DNA of 39,693 bases, taken from the NCBI GenBank assembly GCA_022780765.1, contig JALEUS010000094.1, positions 1 to 39,693 on the forward strand. The letters run 5' to 3'. Under the pieces are notes generated by a model. That model was not told the DNA's origin. It worked only from the letters and a program-made list of their open reading frames with translations, and did not search any database. The DNA comes from Bacilli bacterium. GTDB taxonomy: Bacteria; Bacillota_I; Bacilli_A; RFN20; CAG-288. The number at the start of each line of letters is the position of its first letter. Position 1 is the stretch's first letter. Below are positions 16,443-26,724 of the stretch, in pieces. Made by a program: the position numbers and the translations under genes.

Positions 16443-17227
16443 AAAAGTTTTTATTTTTTCTTTTCTATCTTCTTGAATCTTTCTTCATATTAGGTTCGAT
16501 ATATCTGATGAATAAGAAGAATTCTTTTCAGTTCTCCTTTTACTTTATCCTATCTTCTTTTTTTGCTATTGTTTTTCAAAATCTGTATACTATTCACTTA
16601 AGAAATGCTTTTGATAAAAAAATCATTTACAGGTTCTTAAAAGATCATCCATCGAAAAAGAACTTTCAACTGACCAGCAGAATGTTTGATGAACTTTTAA
16701 AAAGAGAGAATCTGATCCTATCAAATGGTGTCTATATCACTGTAAGTCTCTTCTATTTTGCTTTTCAAAAAATATCCTCATCAGTATTTTTATTTATCTC
16801 TTTTTTGAGTGTTTTATCTGCTTGTCTTTTAAAGAATGATGTAAATAAAAACATGAGAAAAGCTAAGATAGATGAGGATGATTTTATATCTTCACTAGAG
16901 TGTGCAAATATCTCTTTCTCTTCTTTAAAGAAATGTAAAAAAACTGTCTCTCATATCTATTTTCTGAATCTTATTCCGTATGCCTTTCCTTTTATACTTA
17001 TTGTCTTTTTATATATTTTCAGTTCAATATTTAGCAAAACTGTTCATTATGGAAATTTTATCTTTAATATTTTCTTCTCTTTCTCTTTTTCAATCTCTTC
17101 ACAGTGTTTTATAAACAGTTATGTAAACTATGGAAAAACATGCTATTACTTCTCTTTGTTAGAAGATGATATAAGTCAATATATTATTAGAGATAAAAAA
17201 TTGTATAATAAAAGGTACACCGAATAA
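16412..17227 (+). CDS. Multi-pass membrane domain, -1-frame continuation of the C39 ORF
   Basis: The frame of 16508..17227 is open from 16412 and adds a further hydrophobic helix (KFLFFLFYLLESFFILGSIYL). There is no SD before ATG 16508 and no ABC ATPase motifs. Confidence 0.6.
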   Translation, partial: EKQFKFFSKLEKFLFFLFYLLESFFILGSIYLMNKKNSFQFSFYFILSSFFAIVFQNLYTIHLRNAFDKKIIYRFLKDHPSKKNFQLTSRMFDELLKRENLILSNGVYITVSLFYFAFQKISSSVFLFISFLSVLSACLLKNDVNKNMRKAKIDEDDFISSLECANISFSSLKKCKKTVSHIYFLNLIPYAFPFILIVFLYIFSSIFSKTVHYGNFIFNIFFSFSFSISSQCFINSYVNYGKTCYYFSLLEDDISQYIIRDKKLYNKRYTE

Positions 17228-17239
17228 GGGGGTATATTG

Positions 17240-18109
17240 ATGAATAAATTATCTGCTAACATCGATTTTTTAAACAAAACTAGAGTAAAAGTAGATGAAA
17301 AACTGTTTTCTGAGACAATAACACACACTCTGTCTTATCTTAAGAAAGAAGGGCAATATGTTTTATCTGTCACAATTGTAAATTCAAAAGAGATGCAGAA
17401 ACTAAACAGAGAATACAAAGGTAAGGATGCTCCTACCGATGTGCTTACTTTTCCCTATTCTTCTGAGAAACAAGAAGATGAGCCATTTATCGATTTAGGT
17501 TCTGTGATACTCTGTCATGACATCTGCAAAAAGGAAGCTGAGAAGAGAAATGAAAACATCTTAAAGACATATGCTCTTCTTTTAATACATGGTATCTTAC
17601 ACATATTTGGGTATGATCACCACAGGAGCAAGAGCGAAGAGAAAGAGATGTTCTCCTTGCAAGAGAAAATTTTAGATACTCTCTGCTACGATTTTATAAC
17701 AGATATGAAACTCATGAAAAAATGTTTAAAAGAAGCTCAAAGCAGGGCATATACACCTTATTCTCATTTCAATGTAGGTGCTGTTGTTGTCACTAAGGAT
17801 GGAAAGTATCATCTAGGTTGCAACATTGAAAATTCAGCATACTCTGTTGCTTGTTGCGCTGAGAGAGTAGCTCTATTTAAGGTGATATCTCAAGGGTATA
17901 AAAAAGAAGACATAGTATCTTTAGGATGTATCACTTCATCTTCAAATATCGGTACTCCATGCGGTGTATGTCGTCAGGCTATGGCAGAACTTATGAATCT
18001 CAAATGTCCAGTTTACATCTTCAATAATGACATGGACAAAAAGCTTTTTACAACAGTTGAAGGACTTCTTCCCTACTCGTTTTCTTCAGAGGATCTCTTT
18101 GCAAAATGA
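17240..18109 (+). CDS. ybeY-cdd: Fusion: rRNA maturation endoribonuclease YbeY + cytidine deaminase Cdd
   Basis: N-half LNREYKGKDAPTDVLTF and HGILHIFGYDH; C-half AYTPYSHFNVGA, NIENSAY..CCAER, PCGVCRQ; one continuous ORF. Confidence 0.9.
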   Translation: MNKLSANIDFLNKTRVKVDEKLFSETITHTLSYLKKEGQYVLSVTIVNSKEMQKLNREYKGKDAPTDVLTFPYSSEKQEDEPFIDLGSVILCHDICKKEAEKRNENILKTYALLLIHGILHIFGYDHHRSKSEEKEMFSLQEKILDTLCYDFITDMKLMKKCLKEAQSRAYTPYSHFNVGAVVVTKDGKYHLGCNIENSAYSVACCAERVALFKVISQGYKKEDIVSLGCITSSSNIGTPCGVCRQAMAELMNLKCPVYIFNNDMDKKLFTTVEGLLPYSFSSEDLFAK

Positions 18110-18981
18110 GATGTGGTACTGTATCTGTTTTTGGTAGAGCAAATGCTGGTAAATCTACCATAATTAATAAAGCTTTAGGATTTAAGCTTTTGCCCGTTTC
18201 TGAAAAACCACAGACTACAAGAGATAATGTGAGAGCGATTTTGACCGATGAAGAGAATCAGATAATCTTTGTCGATACTCCTGGAATCTTTAAACCCCAT
18301 GGAAAGCTAGGCTCTATTTTATTAAGAGATGCTTATAACTCAATGGAAGGAATCGATATGATTCTTTATGTTGTCGATGCTTCTATTAAAGTGGATGAAG
18401 AATTACCAAAAAAGATTGCTCTTTTAGATGTCCCTGTCATCGTCTGTTTTAACAAGATAGATTTAGTGAGTCTTCCCATGGGTCAGAAGCGTTTGCTTGA
18501 GTATAAAAGTATGCTTCCAAAAGCAGAGTTTGTCGAGATGTCTTGCAAGGATGATTTTGGTATAGAGGACATGCTTGAAAAAATTAAATCACATCTTCCT
18601 GAAAGGGAATTTGAATTTTCTCCTGATTACGTTTCAGATAGGCCAAAAGAGTACATCATCGCAGAGATAATCAGAGAAAAATGCATGCGCTTATTGGATG
18701 CTGAGGTTCCTCATTCTATCTATATAGACATCAAAGAAGTCAAAGAGGATGAGATAATGGAAGTTTATGCTGACATCATCGTTGAAAAAGAATCTGAAAG
18801 AGGAATAGTCATTGGAAAAAACGGCAGCATGATAAGAAAGATAAGAACATATGCTCAGCAGAGCATAAAAGGATATTTTGGTCTTCCTTGTCATATTGAT
18901 CTTCTTGTCAAATGTATACCCAATTGGAGAAATGATGAAAAGTATTTGAAAAAGTTTGGCTTTGAGGATTCTATTAAATGA
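18106..18981 (+). CDS. era: GTPase Era
   Basis: GRANAGKST, KPQTTR, DTPG, NKID, EVPHS, KH domain VIGKNG. Confidence 0.96.
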   Translation: MRCGTVSVFGRANAGKSTIINKALGFKLLPVSEKPQTTRDNVRAILTDEENQIIFVDTPGIFKPHGKLGSILLRDAYNSMEGIDMILYVVDASIKVDEELPKKIALLDVPVIVCFNKIDLVSLPMGQKRLLEYKSMLPKAEFVEMSCKDDFGIEDMLEKIKSHLPEREFEFSPDYVSDRPKEYIIAEIIREKCMRLLDAEVPHSIYIDIKEVKEDEIMEVYADIIVEKESERGIVIGKNGSMIRKIRTYAQQSIKGYFGLPCHIDLLVKCIPNWRNDEKYLKKFGFEDSIK

Positions 18982-19709
18982 GAAAGATTTCAAAAGGTAT
19001 AGTAATCAATGTATCAAAATATTCTTCAGCTAATGCTGTAGTAACGGTTATTTCAACTGATGGAAAAATAACTTTCAACATCACTAACGTGTATAAACCA
19101 AAGAGCAATTTTAAAGAATGCTTACTGGTTGGTAATATAATTGAATTTGATTATGATGTATTAAACAGTGAGTTTTGCAAAATACTATCAGTAAAACTTA
19201 TATACGATATCTCTAAGAAGTATACATCGTATAATATAGGACTTTTTCTGATGTACTTTTCTTCTTCACTGCAGAGATATTCTCTTTATAATGAAAACAG
19301 ATCTGATGAAGAATTAGAAGTTTACTTCACTATTCTTGAGAATCTTGATGAAGAGAATTATCTTGTGTCATCTCTGCTTTTTACTTCTAATCTCATAAGA
19401 TATCTAGGTCTTTTACCGGATACTGAATCATGTATTTACTGCGGTAAAACAAATAATCTTGTCTCATTTTCTTTCTCTGAAGGGGGCTTTGTTTGCAAGG
19501 ATTGTGTGAATAGAAACATGCATCCCTTTTACTCAAAAACTGAGCTACAAGTCATACGGTTTTCTTTCTTTCCTTTTTCAAAAGAGAATCTTTTTAGAAA
19601 GGTTCCTTACGAATCTCTTAAAAGAGTGCTCCTTGATATGAACACATATCTTCAAAATCAATTTCAATATTCAGTCGACAGAAATCTGCTCTCTTTATTA
19701 TCTGAATAA
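18978..19709 (+). CDS. recO: DNA repair protein RecO
   Basis: After era; OB-fold N-terminus, Zn finger CIYCG..FSFSEGGFVCKDC. Confidence 0.85.
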   Translation: MRKISKGIVINVSKYSSANAVVTVISTDGKITFNITNVYKPKSNFKECLLVGNIIEFDYDVLNSEFCKILSVKLIYDISKKYTSYNIGLFLMYFSSSLQRYSLYNENRSDEELEVYFTILENLDEENYLVSSLLFTSNLIRYLGLLPDTESCIYCGKTNNLVSFSFSEGGFVCKDCVNRNMHPFYSKTELQVIRFSFFPFSKENLFRKVPYESLKRVLLDMNTYLQNQFQYSVDRNLLSLLSE

Positions 19710-19786
19710 TTCCTTCAGTTGAATTTTATACTAAGTAAATCATGATATAATTTTTAGTGCATTAATAATTACAATGAGGTGACATA

Positions 19787-21166
19787 ATGGAAAAAACATT
19801 TGAAGAGATAACAACGCATCTGCTTAACTACGGTTTTGTTTATCAAGGTAGTGAGATCTATGGCGGCATTTCTAATACTTGGGATTACGGTCCTCTTGGA
19901 ACATTGTTAAAAAATCATTTAAAGGAACTGTGGATTAGACATTTTGTTAGAGAGAATCCATACAATGTGCAGATTGATCCTGCAATAATTATGAATCCAA
20001 AGGTCTGGGAAGCCACAGGTCATGTCTCTAACTTCCACGATCCACTTGTTGACTGCAAATACTGTAAAAGTCGTTACAGAGCTGATGATCTCATAAAAAA
20101 ACAGCATCCTGAGATAGATGTTGAAGGAATGGATAACATCATGCTCAATCAAGCTATCAAAGACAATGGAATAGTGTGTCCTAACTGCGGGAAATCTTCT
20201 TTCACCGATATCAGACAGTTTCAGATGATGTTTAAAACATTTATAGGGGTGACTGAAGAAAAATCTTCGACTGTTTACCTTCGTCCTGAGACAGCTCAAG
20301 GAATATTTGTCAATTTTAAAAATGTGTTAAGAACGACTAGAAGAAAACTCCCTATCGGTATATGCGATATAGGAAAAGCTTTTAGAAATGAGATAACTCC
20401 TGGAAATTTCACTTTCAGAACAAGAGAGTTTGAGCAGATGGAGATAGAATTCTTTATCAAGCCTGGTGAGGATGAAAAGTGGTTTGAATACTATAAGGAC
20501 AACTGCAAAGCCTTCGTTGAAAAACTTGGACTTGAAGATGAGCATGTTCGTTATCGTGATCATGAAAAAAACGAGCTTGCTTTCTATTCGAAGGGAACAA
20601 CAGATATTGAATATCTTTTCCCATCTTTAGGCTGGGGAGAACTCATGGGAATTGCAATGAGAGGTGACTATGATCTTTCAAGGCATGTTTCTTATTCAAA
20701 ACAGGATCTTTCATATCTTGATCCTGAAACAAATCAAAGATATATTCCACATGTTATAGAGCCTTCATTCGGTTTGGATAGACTGATGCTGGCTTTGCTA
20801 TGTGACAGTTATGAGATTCAAAAGCTATCTGAAAATGACAGCAGAGTGGTACTGCATCTAAACAGTTTCCTAGCGCCTTATCAGGTAGCAGTTCTTCCTC
20901 TTTCTAACAAATTAAACGATGAAGCTTACAAGGTGTTTTTGTCATTGTCAAAACGTTTTGATGCAACATTTGATACGACCGGTTCTATAGGAAAAAGATA
21001 CCGTAGAGAAGACGCAATAGGTACTCCTTTCTGCGTGACTTTTGATTTCAATTCATTGGAAGATAAACAGGTCACCATTAGAGAAAGAGACAGTATGGAG
21101 CAGAAAAGGATTCCGATCTCTGACTTATCTGATTACTTATACGAACAGATAAACAAAGATTTATGA
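19787..21166 (+). CDS. glyQS: Glycine--tRNA ligase, homodimeric (alpha2) type
   Basis: SEIYGG..WDYGPLG, YLRPETAQGIF, FRNEITPGNF.FRTREFEQME, IGKRYRREDAIGTP. Confidence 0.96.
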   Translation: MEKTFEEITTHLLNYGFVYQGSEIYGGISNTWDYGPLGTLLKNHLKELWIRHFVRENPYNVQIDPAIIMNPKVWEATGHVSNFHDPLVDCKYCKSRYRADDLIKKQHPEIDVEGMDNIMLNQAIKDNGIVCPNCGKSSFTDIRQFQMMFKTFIGVTEEKSSTVYLRPETAQGIFVNFKNVLRTTRRKLPIGICDIGKAFRNEITPGNFTFRTREFEQMEIEFFIKPGEDEKWFEYYKDNCKAFVEKLGLEDEHVRYRDHEKNELAFYSKGTTDIEYLFPSLGWGELMGIAMRGDYDLSRHVSYSKQDLSYLDPETNQRYIPHVIEPSFGLDRLMLALLCDSYEIQKLSENDSRVVLHLNSFLAPYQVAVLPLSNKLNDEAYKVFLSLSKRFDATFDTTGSIGKRYRREDAIGTPFCVTFDFNSLEDKQVTIRERDSMEQKRIPISDLSDYLYEQINKDL

Positions 21167-23103
21167 GCGAAAATATTTTTGAGTATGTAAATAAAAACGC
21201 AAAAATCTACGATGTCGTTCTCTATTTTTTGGGTGGAAAAAACATAGTCAAACAAGGAAAAAACTATAAATGCATCTGCCCTTTTCACAACGACCACCAT
21301 CCCTCTATGAGTATCAATGTAGAGAGAAACATTTATAAGTGCTTCACTTGTGGAGCAGGAGGGGGACCGATAACTTTTGTCTCTAAATATAAGAACATTC
21401 CTTCTTTTGAAGCTTTAAAAGAAGTCGTCAAAATATGCAAGATTGATCTGCCTAGCGATATTAAACTCATTGAGAGAACAGATGAGAAATTTGAGAAGTA
21501 TAAACAGGAGTATTCGGCCTTAAAAGAATTAGGTGATTTTTATTCTCTTTCACTATCGACTTCTGAAGGGGAAAAATGCATCAACTATTTGACCAGCAGA
21601 GGAATAGATAAAGATATCATTCAAGATTTCTCTTTAGGTTATGCTCCTGCTGATAGTTCTCTATCTGTTAAGGCACTTTCAAATAGGAATTACAGTTTAT
21701 CCGTTTTACAACAGGCTGGGATTTTATCTGAAAGTAAAAACTTAGATAGATTCTCTGATCGACTGACAATTCCTCTTAAAGATGAGCGTGGAAGGATAAT
21801 TGCTTTTGCTTCCAGGGTTCTTGATTCGATTACTAAAGAGCAAAAATATATTAATTATCCGGAGACGAATATTTTTATCAAAAGAGACTATCTTTTCAAT
21901 TTGAATCAAGCTGATCTGTATTTAAAAAAAGAAAAATGTCTTTATGTTGTTGAAGGTTATATGGATGTTATTGCTCTTTATAAAGCTGGAATAAAAAATG
22001 CAGTGGCTTTGATGACAAGCAATATCACTTCTCAACAGATTCTTATTTTAAAGAAGAAAGCTGTTGAGATAAGAATGCTTCTTGACTCAGATGATGCTGG
22101 ACAGAAAGGGATAGAGCGTTCTCTTCTACCTATGTTAAAAGAGAATATAAATGTAAAAGTTGTTGTAAGATTTGACAGAGATAATGAAGGAAAAGATCCA
22201 GATGAAGTGATCTCTAAAAAAGGAAAAGACTACTTGCTTGCAAAGATAAAAAAAACTATAAATCCTTTCTCTTTCATTATCTTTAACAGGCTTAACAATA
22301 GGAAGAAAATCACTTCATCTTCTGAGATCAACGACCTTTTAAAAGAACTTGAAGACTATTATCCCTATTTAACAGATTTGAACAGGAAGAAGAATATTGA
22401 TGGTTTATCCAGAGTGACTGATATATCAAGTGAGAATCTTCTATCTTATTTTTCAAAGAATAGTAAGGTATTCTATCCCAAAGAAAAGAAGAAGAGAGAA
22501 GAAAAAATTGTGTTTGATAATCTCGACACATCGACATCAAAAATCACAAACAGCGCTATATCTTTAGCAAATTATCTGTTGAACTCTTCTTCGTATAAAA
22601 CTGAAACTGTCAATTCAAAAATCATCCAAAACGAGATATCAATTTTGATAGCTATAGCTTCCAGTCGTGCATATTATGAAATTATCAACAGCTACAAGGT
22701 AGATGATGATTTATTCCAGTTTTCTTATTTTCCTTTCTATATAGTTCAGATGCTTTTAGGAAGATTGTATCAAGATAAAAAAACTATTACAAAAGATGAT
22801 CTTATCTCTCTATTTAGTGAATTTAAAAAAGTTTATGAGACAGATACAAATGAAGAGGAGATAGATTTTTCTGAGATAATTACCATGAAGAGGATGAAGA
22901 TCTCTTTAGATGTGATCGATAAGATATTTGTGTGTCTTGAAAACTGTTTGATCGATAGTAAAAGAGAACTGATAGGTGAAGATTGCTTGATAAACTTGAT
23001 AAAGAAAGCTGTCAGCATTCAAAATGATAAGAGAGAGGAGATATTAAACTCCGATATATCATTAGATGAGAAGCTAAATATGCTCAAAGATAGTGAAAAA
23101 TAA
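21163..23103 (+). CDS. dnaG: DNA primase
   Basis: CPFH..PS..CFTC Zn finger, KYINYPET, Toprim VEGYMDV, DSDDAG, KDPDE. Confidence 0.95.
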   Translation: MSENIFEYVNKNAKIYDVVLYFLGGKNIVKQGKNYKCICPFHNDHHPSMSINVERNIYKCFTCGAGGGPITFVSKYKNIPSFEALKEVVKICKIDLPSDIKLIERTDEKFEKYKQEYSALKELGDFYSLSLSTSEGEKCINYLTSRGIDKDIIQDFSLGYAPADSSLSVKALSNRNYSLSVLQQAGILSESKNLDRFSDRLTIPLKDERGRIIAFASRVLDSITKEQKYINYPETNIFIKRDYLFNLNQADLYLKKEKCLYVVEGYMDVIALYKAGIKNAVALMTSNITSQQILILKKKAVEIRMLLDSDDAGQKGIERSLLPMLKENINVKVVVRFDRDNEGKDPDEVISKKGKDYLLAKIKKTINPFSFIIFNRLNNRKKITSSSEINDLLKELEDYYPYLTDLNRKKNIDGLSRVTDISSENLLSYFSKNSKVFYPKEKKKREEKIVFDNLDTSTSKITNSAISLANYLLNSSSYKTETVNSKIIQNEISILIAIASSRAYYEIINSYKVDDDLFQFSYFPFYIVQMLLGRLYQDKKTITKDDLISLFSEFKKVYETDTNEEEIDFSEIITMKRMKISLDVIDKIFVCLENCLIDSKRELIGEDCLINLIKKAVSIQNDKREEILNSDISLDEKLNMLKDSEK

Positions 23104-23258
23104 ATTTTGCACTTTTCTTTCTTTATAATTGGAAATAAATAAAAAAGTATTAAACTATTAATGTAATGCCGGTTTTTTCATGTGATTTTGTGAATGATTT
23201 TGTGACTAAAACTTTCGTTTTGTCAATGTGTTGACTGGCTAGAATTATGGAGAAATAT

Positions 23259-24941
23259 ATGCCAATTAAAAAAACTGACAAGGATAATATGAAGAGAGAG
23301 GATAAGAAAGAAAAGGTGAAAAAGAAAGCGACAAAAGATTCTTCTAAAGTAGATAAAGCTATACTGGATGACGATATAAACAATCTTGTTTTAGGTGGAA
23401 GCGATAAGGAAACAATTTCTACTAAAAGCAAAAAGCATGCTTCTTCAAAGATTGAAGGTAAGAAGATTGTTGGAGATGATTTTGTTCAAAATAAAAGCAG
23501 TAAAAAGAAGAGTAAGAGCAATAATTACTCAACTGCTGATTATGTCAACATGATTGTGTCCTTTGCAGAGAAAAACAGTAATTACTTAACTCTTGTTGAA
23601 GTAAAAGAGTATCTCTCTGAATACCTCTTGCCTGAGAAAATTGTCAACAAAGTCGTAGAAGAAGCAAAGAAAAAAGGTGTCTCCATCAAGAAATCAAAAG
23701 GAAAAGATATTGAACAATTCAATAAAAATATCACTTCTGATGATAAAGATACATCCAGTAAAAAGAAGAAAGGTGTAATCAAGATAAAAGATTTTTCTGG
23801 TACTTTACTTACTATTGATGACATCAAAGAATCCGTTTTAATCTATGCTAAAGGCAAAGGTAATTCCATAACCACGGATGAGATGATGCTTCAGCTTAAG
23901 GGTTATGAGCTCACTGATAACGAGTATCAGATGCTCATCGATTATCTCTACGATAACAAAGTGCTTTTGGATGCAAATGACACCGATGTTGTAAATGAGC
24001 TAGACGATCTTTATATAACACAAATTGATGATGCAGATGACGATCAACCAAAACTTCAGAATTTTTATAACGAAAATGATCCTATCAATTCTGCTGATGT
24101 GAAGAATTCTGATCCTATAAGACAGTATCTTCACAGCATCGGTGCTTACGATGTTTTAGAAAGCAAAGAGCAAGAGGTCGAACTTGCTAAACTTATTGAA
24201 GAAGGTGATCAGGATGCTAAAGATGAACTCATTCAGTGCAATTTGAAACTTGTTGTGGCTATTGCCAAACACTACTTGAATCGTGGAATGGACTTTTTAG
24301 ATCTCATTCAAGAAGGTAATCTTGGTTTGATTAAAGCTGTCGATAAATTTGATTATCGTAAAGGTTTTAAATTTTCCACTTACGCTACCTGGTGGATAAG
24401 ACAAGCTATCACTCGTGCTTTAGCTGATCAGGCAAGAACTATCAGAATTCCAGTCCACATGGTTGAGACCATCAACAAGATAACAAAGACTCAGAGGATG
24501 CTTGTTCAGAAACTCAACAGAGATCCTACTCCTGATGAGATATCTGACGCTATGGGTGGAACGCTCTCAGCTTCTAAGATCATTGAGATTCAGCAGATAT
24601 CTTTGGATCCTCTATCTCTTGAAAAGCCAATCGGTGAAGAAGAGGATTCTCATGTCGGAGATTTTATTGTCGACAAGGATAATGAATCGCCTTACGATTT
24701 TGCAAACAGAGCTATGGAGACAGAGAGAATAAATGAAGTTCTTCTACAGCTCACAGATAGAGAAGCCAAAGTCATCAAGCTCAGATACGGTTTACTTGAT
24801 GGTAAGACACACACTTTAGAAGAGGTCGGTCAGCTATTTGATGTGACAAGAGAAAGAATAAGACAGATTGAAGCTAAAGCTTTAAAGAAGCTCAGACATC
24901 CTTCCAGAGCAAAATTATTGAAAGATTTTAGAAAAGATTAG
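23259..24941 (+). CDS. rpoD: Primary sigma factor SigA/RpoD with long Lys-rich N-terminal extension
   Basis: [78 protein letters not shown]. Start is 23259 (SD GGAG) or 23247. Confidence 0.95.
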   Translation: MPIKKTDKDNMKREDKKEKVKKKATKDSSKVDKAILDDDINNLVLGGSDKETISTKSKKHASSKIEGKKIVGDDFVQNKSSKKKSKSNNYSTADYVNMIVSFAEKNSNYLTLVEVKEYLSEYLLPEKIVNKVVEEAKKKGVSIKKSKGKDIEQFNKNITSDDKDTSSKKKKGVIKIKDFSGTLLTIDDIKESVLIYAKGKGNSITTDEMMLQLKGYELTDNEYQMLIDYLYDNKVLLDANDTDVVNELDDLYITQIDDADDDQPKLQNFYNENDPINSADVKNSDPIRQYLHSIGAYDVLESKEQEVELAKLIEEGDQDAKDELIQCNLKLVVAIAKHYLNRGMDFLDLIQEGNLGLIKAVDKFDYRKGFKFSTYATWWIRQAITRALADQARTIRIPVHMVETINKITKTQRMLVQKLNRDPTPDEISDAMGGTLSASKIIEIQQISLDPLSLEKPIGEEEDSHVGDFIVDKDNESPYDFANRAMETERINEVLLQLTDREAKVIKLRYGLLDGKTHTLEEVGQLFDVTRERIRQIEAKALKKLRHPSRAKLLKDFRKD

Positions 24942-24943
24942 TT

Positions 24944-26089
24944 ATGAAAGAAGAGAAACAGATAAACATGGAAAAGGAAGAGTTATATTCTCTTGACAGT
25001 GAACTCTACTTATTATTGAAAAATGGTCTTTCGTCTAAAGGGAACTCTTTTGCTTTGATCAATAAAGATAATTTCAAAAACTTTCTTCCTCAGTTAAATT
25101 ACCTTTATAAAGAAGAGGGAGAAGTGATTTCTTTAGATAAATTCTTCAAACTGTTTAATGATTATCGTTTCGATGAAGATTCACTTGAACTTTTAAAGAA
25201 TAATCTGATTGAAAACAAAATCGAGCTCTGTGAAAGTGAAGAGGATATAAAAACTGAGATTGAAAAAGGAAACATATACACAAAAGATACCGATGCTTTG
25301 ACGATGTATCTAAGGGATATCTCTGCTTATCCGGTTTTAACTTACCAAGAGCAATCTGAATTAGCGAAAAAAACTAAAGAAGGTGATCTGAATGCGAGGG
25401 ATAAACTGATCAAGTCTAATCTGCGACTTGTCGTCTCTTTAGCTAAAAAATATGTTGGATGCGGAATCGATTATCTTGAACTTATTCAAGAAGGTAATGT
25501 CGGTCTGCTTAAGGCTGTCGATAAGTTTGATTACAGCAAAGGTTTCAGATTCTCAACCTATGCTACATTTTGGATAAGACAGGCTATTATCTCTGCTATC
25601 AATGAGAAGTACAGGCTCATCAAATTGCCTCATGAGGTGTTAGATAAGATTTCAAAGATAGTGAAAGCTGAAAATGAACTTAAGATAACTCTTGGCAGAG
25701 AGCCTACTTCTGAAGAGATATCGAAAAAACTCAACAATATCGTCTCACCTGAGAGAGTTGAAGAACTAAAGATAGTGAACATGAAACCGGTATCTTTGGA
25801 CGCTTCGATAAATGAAGATGTGAGTTTTCTTGACCTCTTATTTGATAAAGATGCAAACAATTCACCCGATGCTTTTGTTGAAAACAATATCATGATGGAG
25901 AGAGTAATGAATCACATCAGCGCTCTTTCTGACCGTGACAAAATTCTGATTGAGATGAGATTTGGTCTTTTGGATGGAAAGAGATACTCTCTTGAAGAGA
26001 TATCAAAGAAACTAGGAATATCTACTGAAAGAGTTCGCCAGATAGAGATGAAATTTAAAGAATCGATAATACAAGAGTGCTCAAAGTGA
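24944..26089 (+). CDS. Second RpoD-like sigma70 factor (tandem paralog)
   Basis: [70 protein letters not shown]. Confidence 0.92.
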   Translation: MKEEKQINMEKEELYSLDSELYLLLKNGLSSKGNSFALINKDNFKNFLPQLNYLYKEEGEVISLDKFFKLFNDYRFDEDSLELLKNNLIENKIELCESEEDIKTEIEKGNIYTKDTDALTMYLRDISAYPVLTYQEQSELAKKTKEGDLNARDKLIKSNLRLVVSLAKKYVGCGIDYLELIQEGNVGLLKAVDKFDYSKGFRFSTYATFWIRQAIISAINEKYRLIKLPHEVLDKISKIVKAENELKITLGREPTSEEISKKLNNIVSPERVEELKIVNMKPVSLDASINEDVSFLDLLFDKDANNSPDAFVENNIMMERVMNHISALSDRDKILIEMRFGLLDGKRYSLEEISKKLGISTERVRQIEMKFKESIIQECSK

Positions 26090-26724
26090 TAGATCTTTCA
26101 GACAGACTAAAAAAGATATACGATCTTGTATCAGTTTTTCCTGTGTTAGATGTAGGGGCTGACCATGGTTATCTTTCGATAATGCTTGAAAAAAATTTTC
26201 AAAAAGTGTACGCTTCTGAGAAGAATGAAGGCCCGTATAAGAATCTTTTAAAGACGATTGAAGATAATCATTCTAAGGTTATTCCTCTTTTTATGGATGG
26301 TATAGAAAAACTTCCAAATGATGTGAAAACTCTGATCATTGTAGGTATGGGAGGAGATACCATCTGCGATATTTTAAAAAGAGGTATTGATAAGCTCTCC
26401 CAGATAGAAGAGATAATAATTGAACCGCAGATCTCTTTTTCTCAACCTATTACTTTTCTATTAAATAATGGTTATATAAATACCTACGGAACCATCGTTT
26501 TTGAAAAAAGATATTATCCTCTTTTGAAATTTAAAAAAAGTGATGAGATACTAAAGTACAGAGAAGAGGATTATTATTATGGTCCATATGTCATTTCAAA
26601 CAGGGATGAGATGTTTATTAAAATGCTTTCAAGTCAACTAAAATACTATGAGAAAAACAATTTGCTCTCATATAAAAAAGAAGAGGTTAAGAAGATAAAA
26701 AAACTTCTTAGTCTTGTAAAATAG
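26077..26724 (+). CDS. trmK: tRNA (adenine22-N1)-methyltransferase
   Basis: [19 protein letters not shown]; conserved position after sigA. Confidence 0.88.
   Translation: MLKVIDLSDRLKKIYDLVSVFPVLDVGADHGYLSIMLEKNFQKVYASEKNEGPYKNLLKTIEDNHSKVIPLFMDGIEKLPNDVKTLIIVGMGGDTICDILKRGIDKLSQIEEIIIEPQISFSQPITFLLNNGYINTYGTIVFEKRYYPLLKFKKSDEILKYREEDYYYGPYVISNRDEMFIKMLSSQLKYYEKNNLLSYKKEEVKKIKKLLSLVK

Noticed and set aside
23150-23431. 93-aa minus-strand ORF opposite the sigA N-terminus
   Set aside because: Its hydrophobic content simply mirrors the Lys-rich codons on the plus strand.
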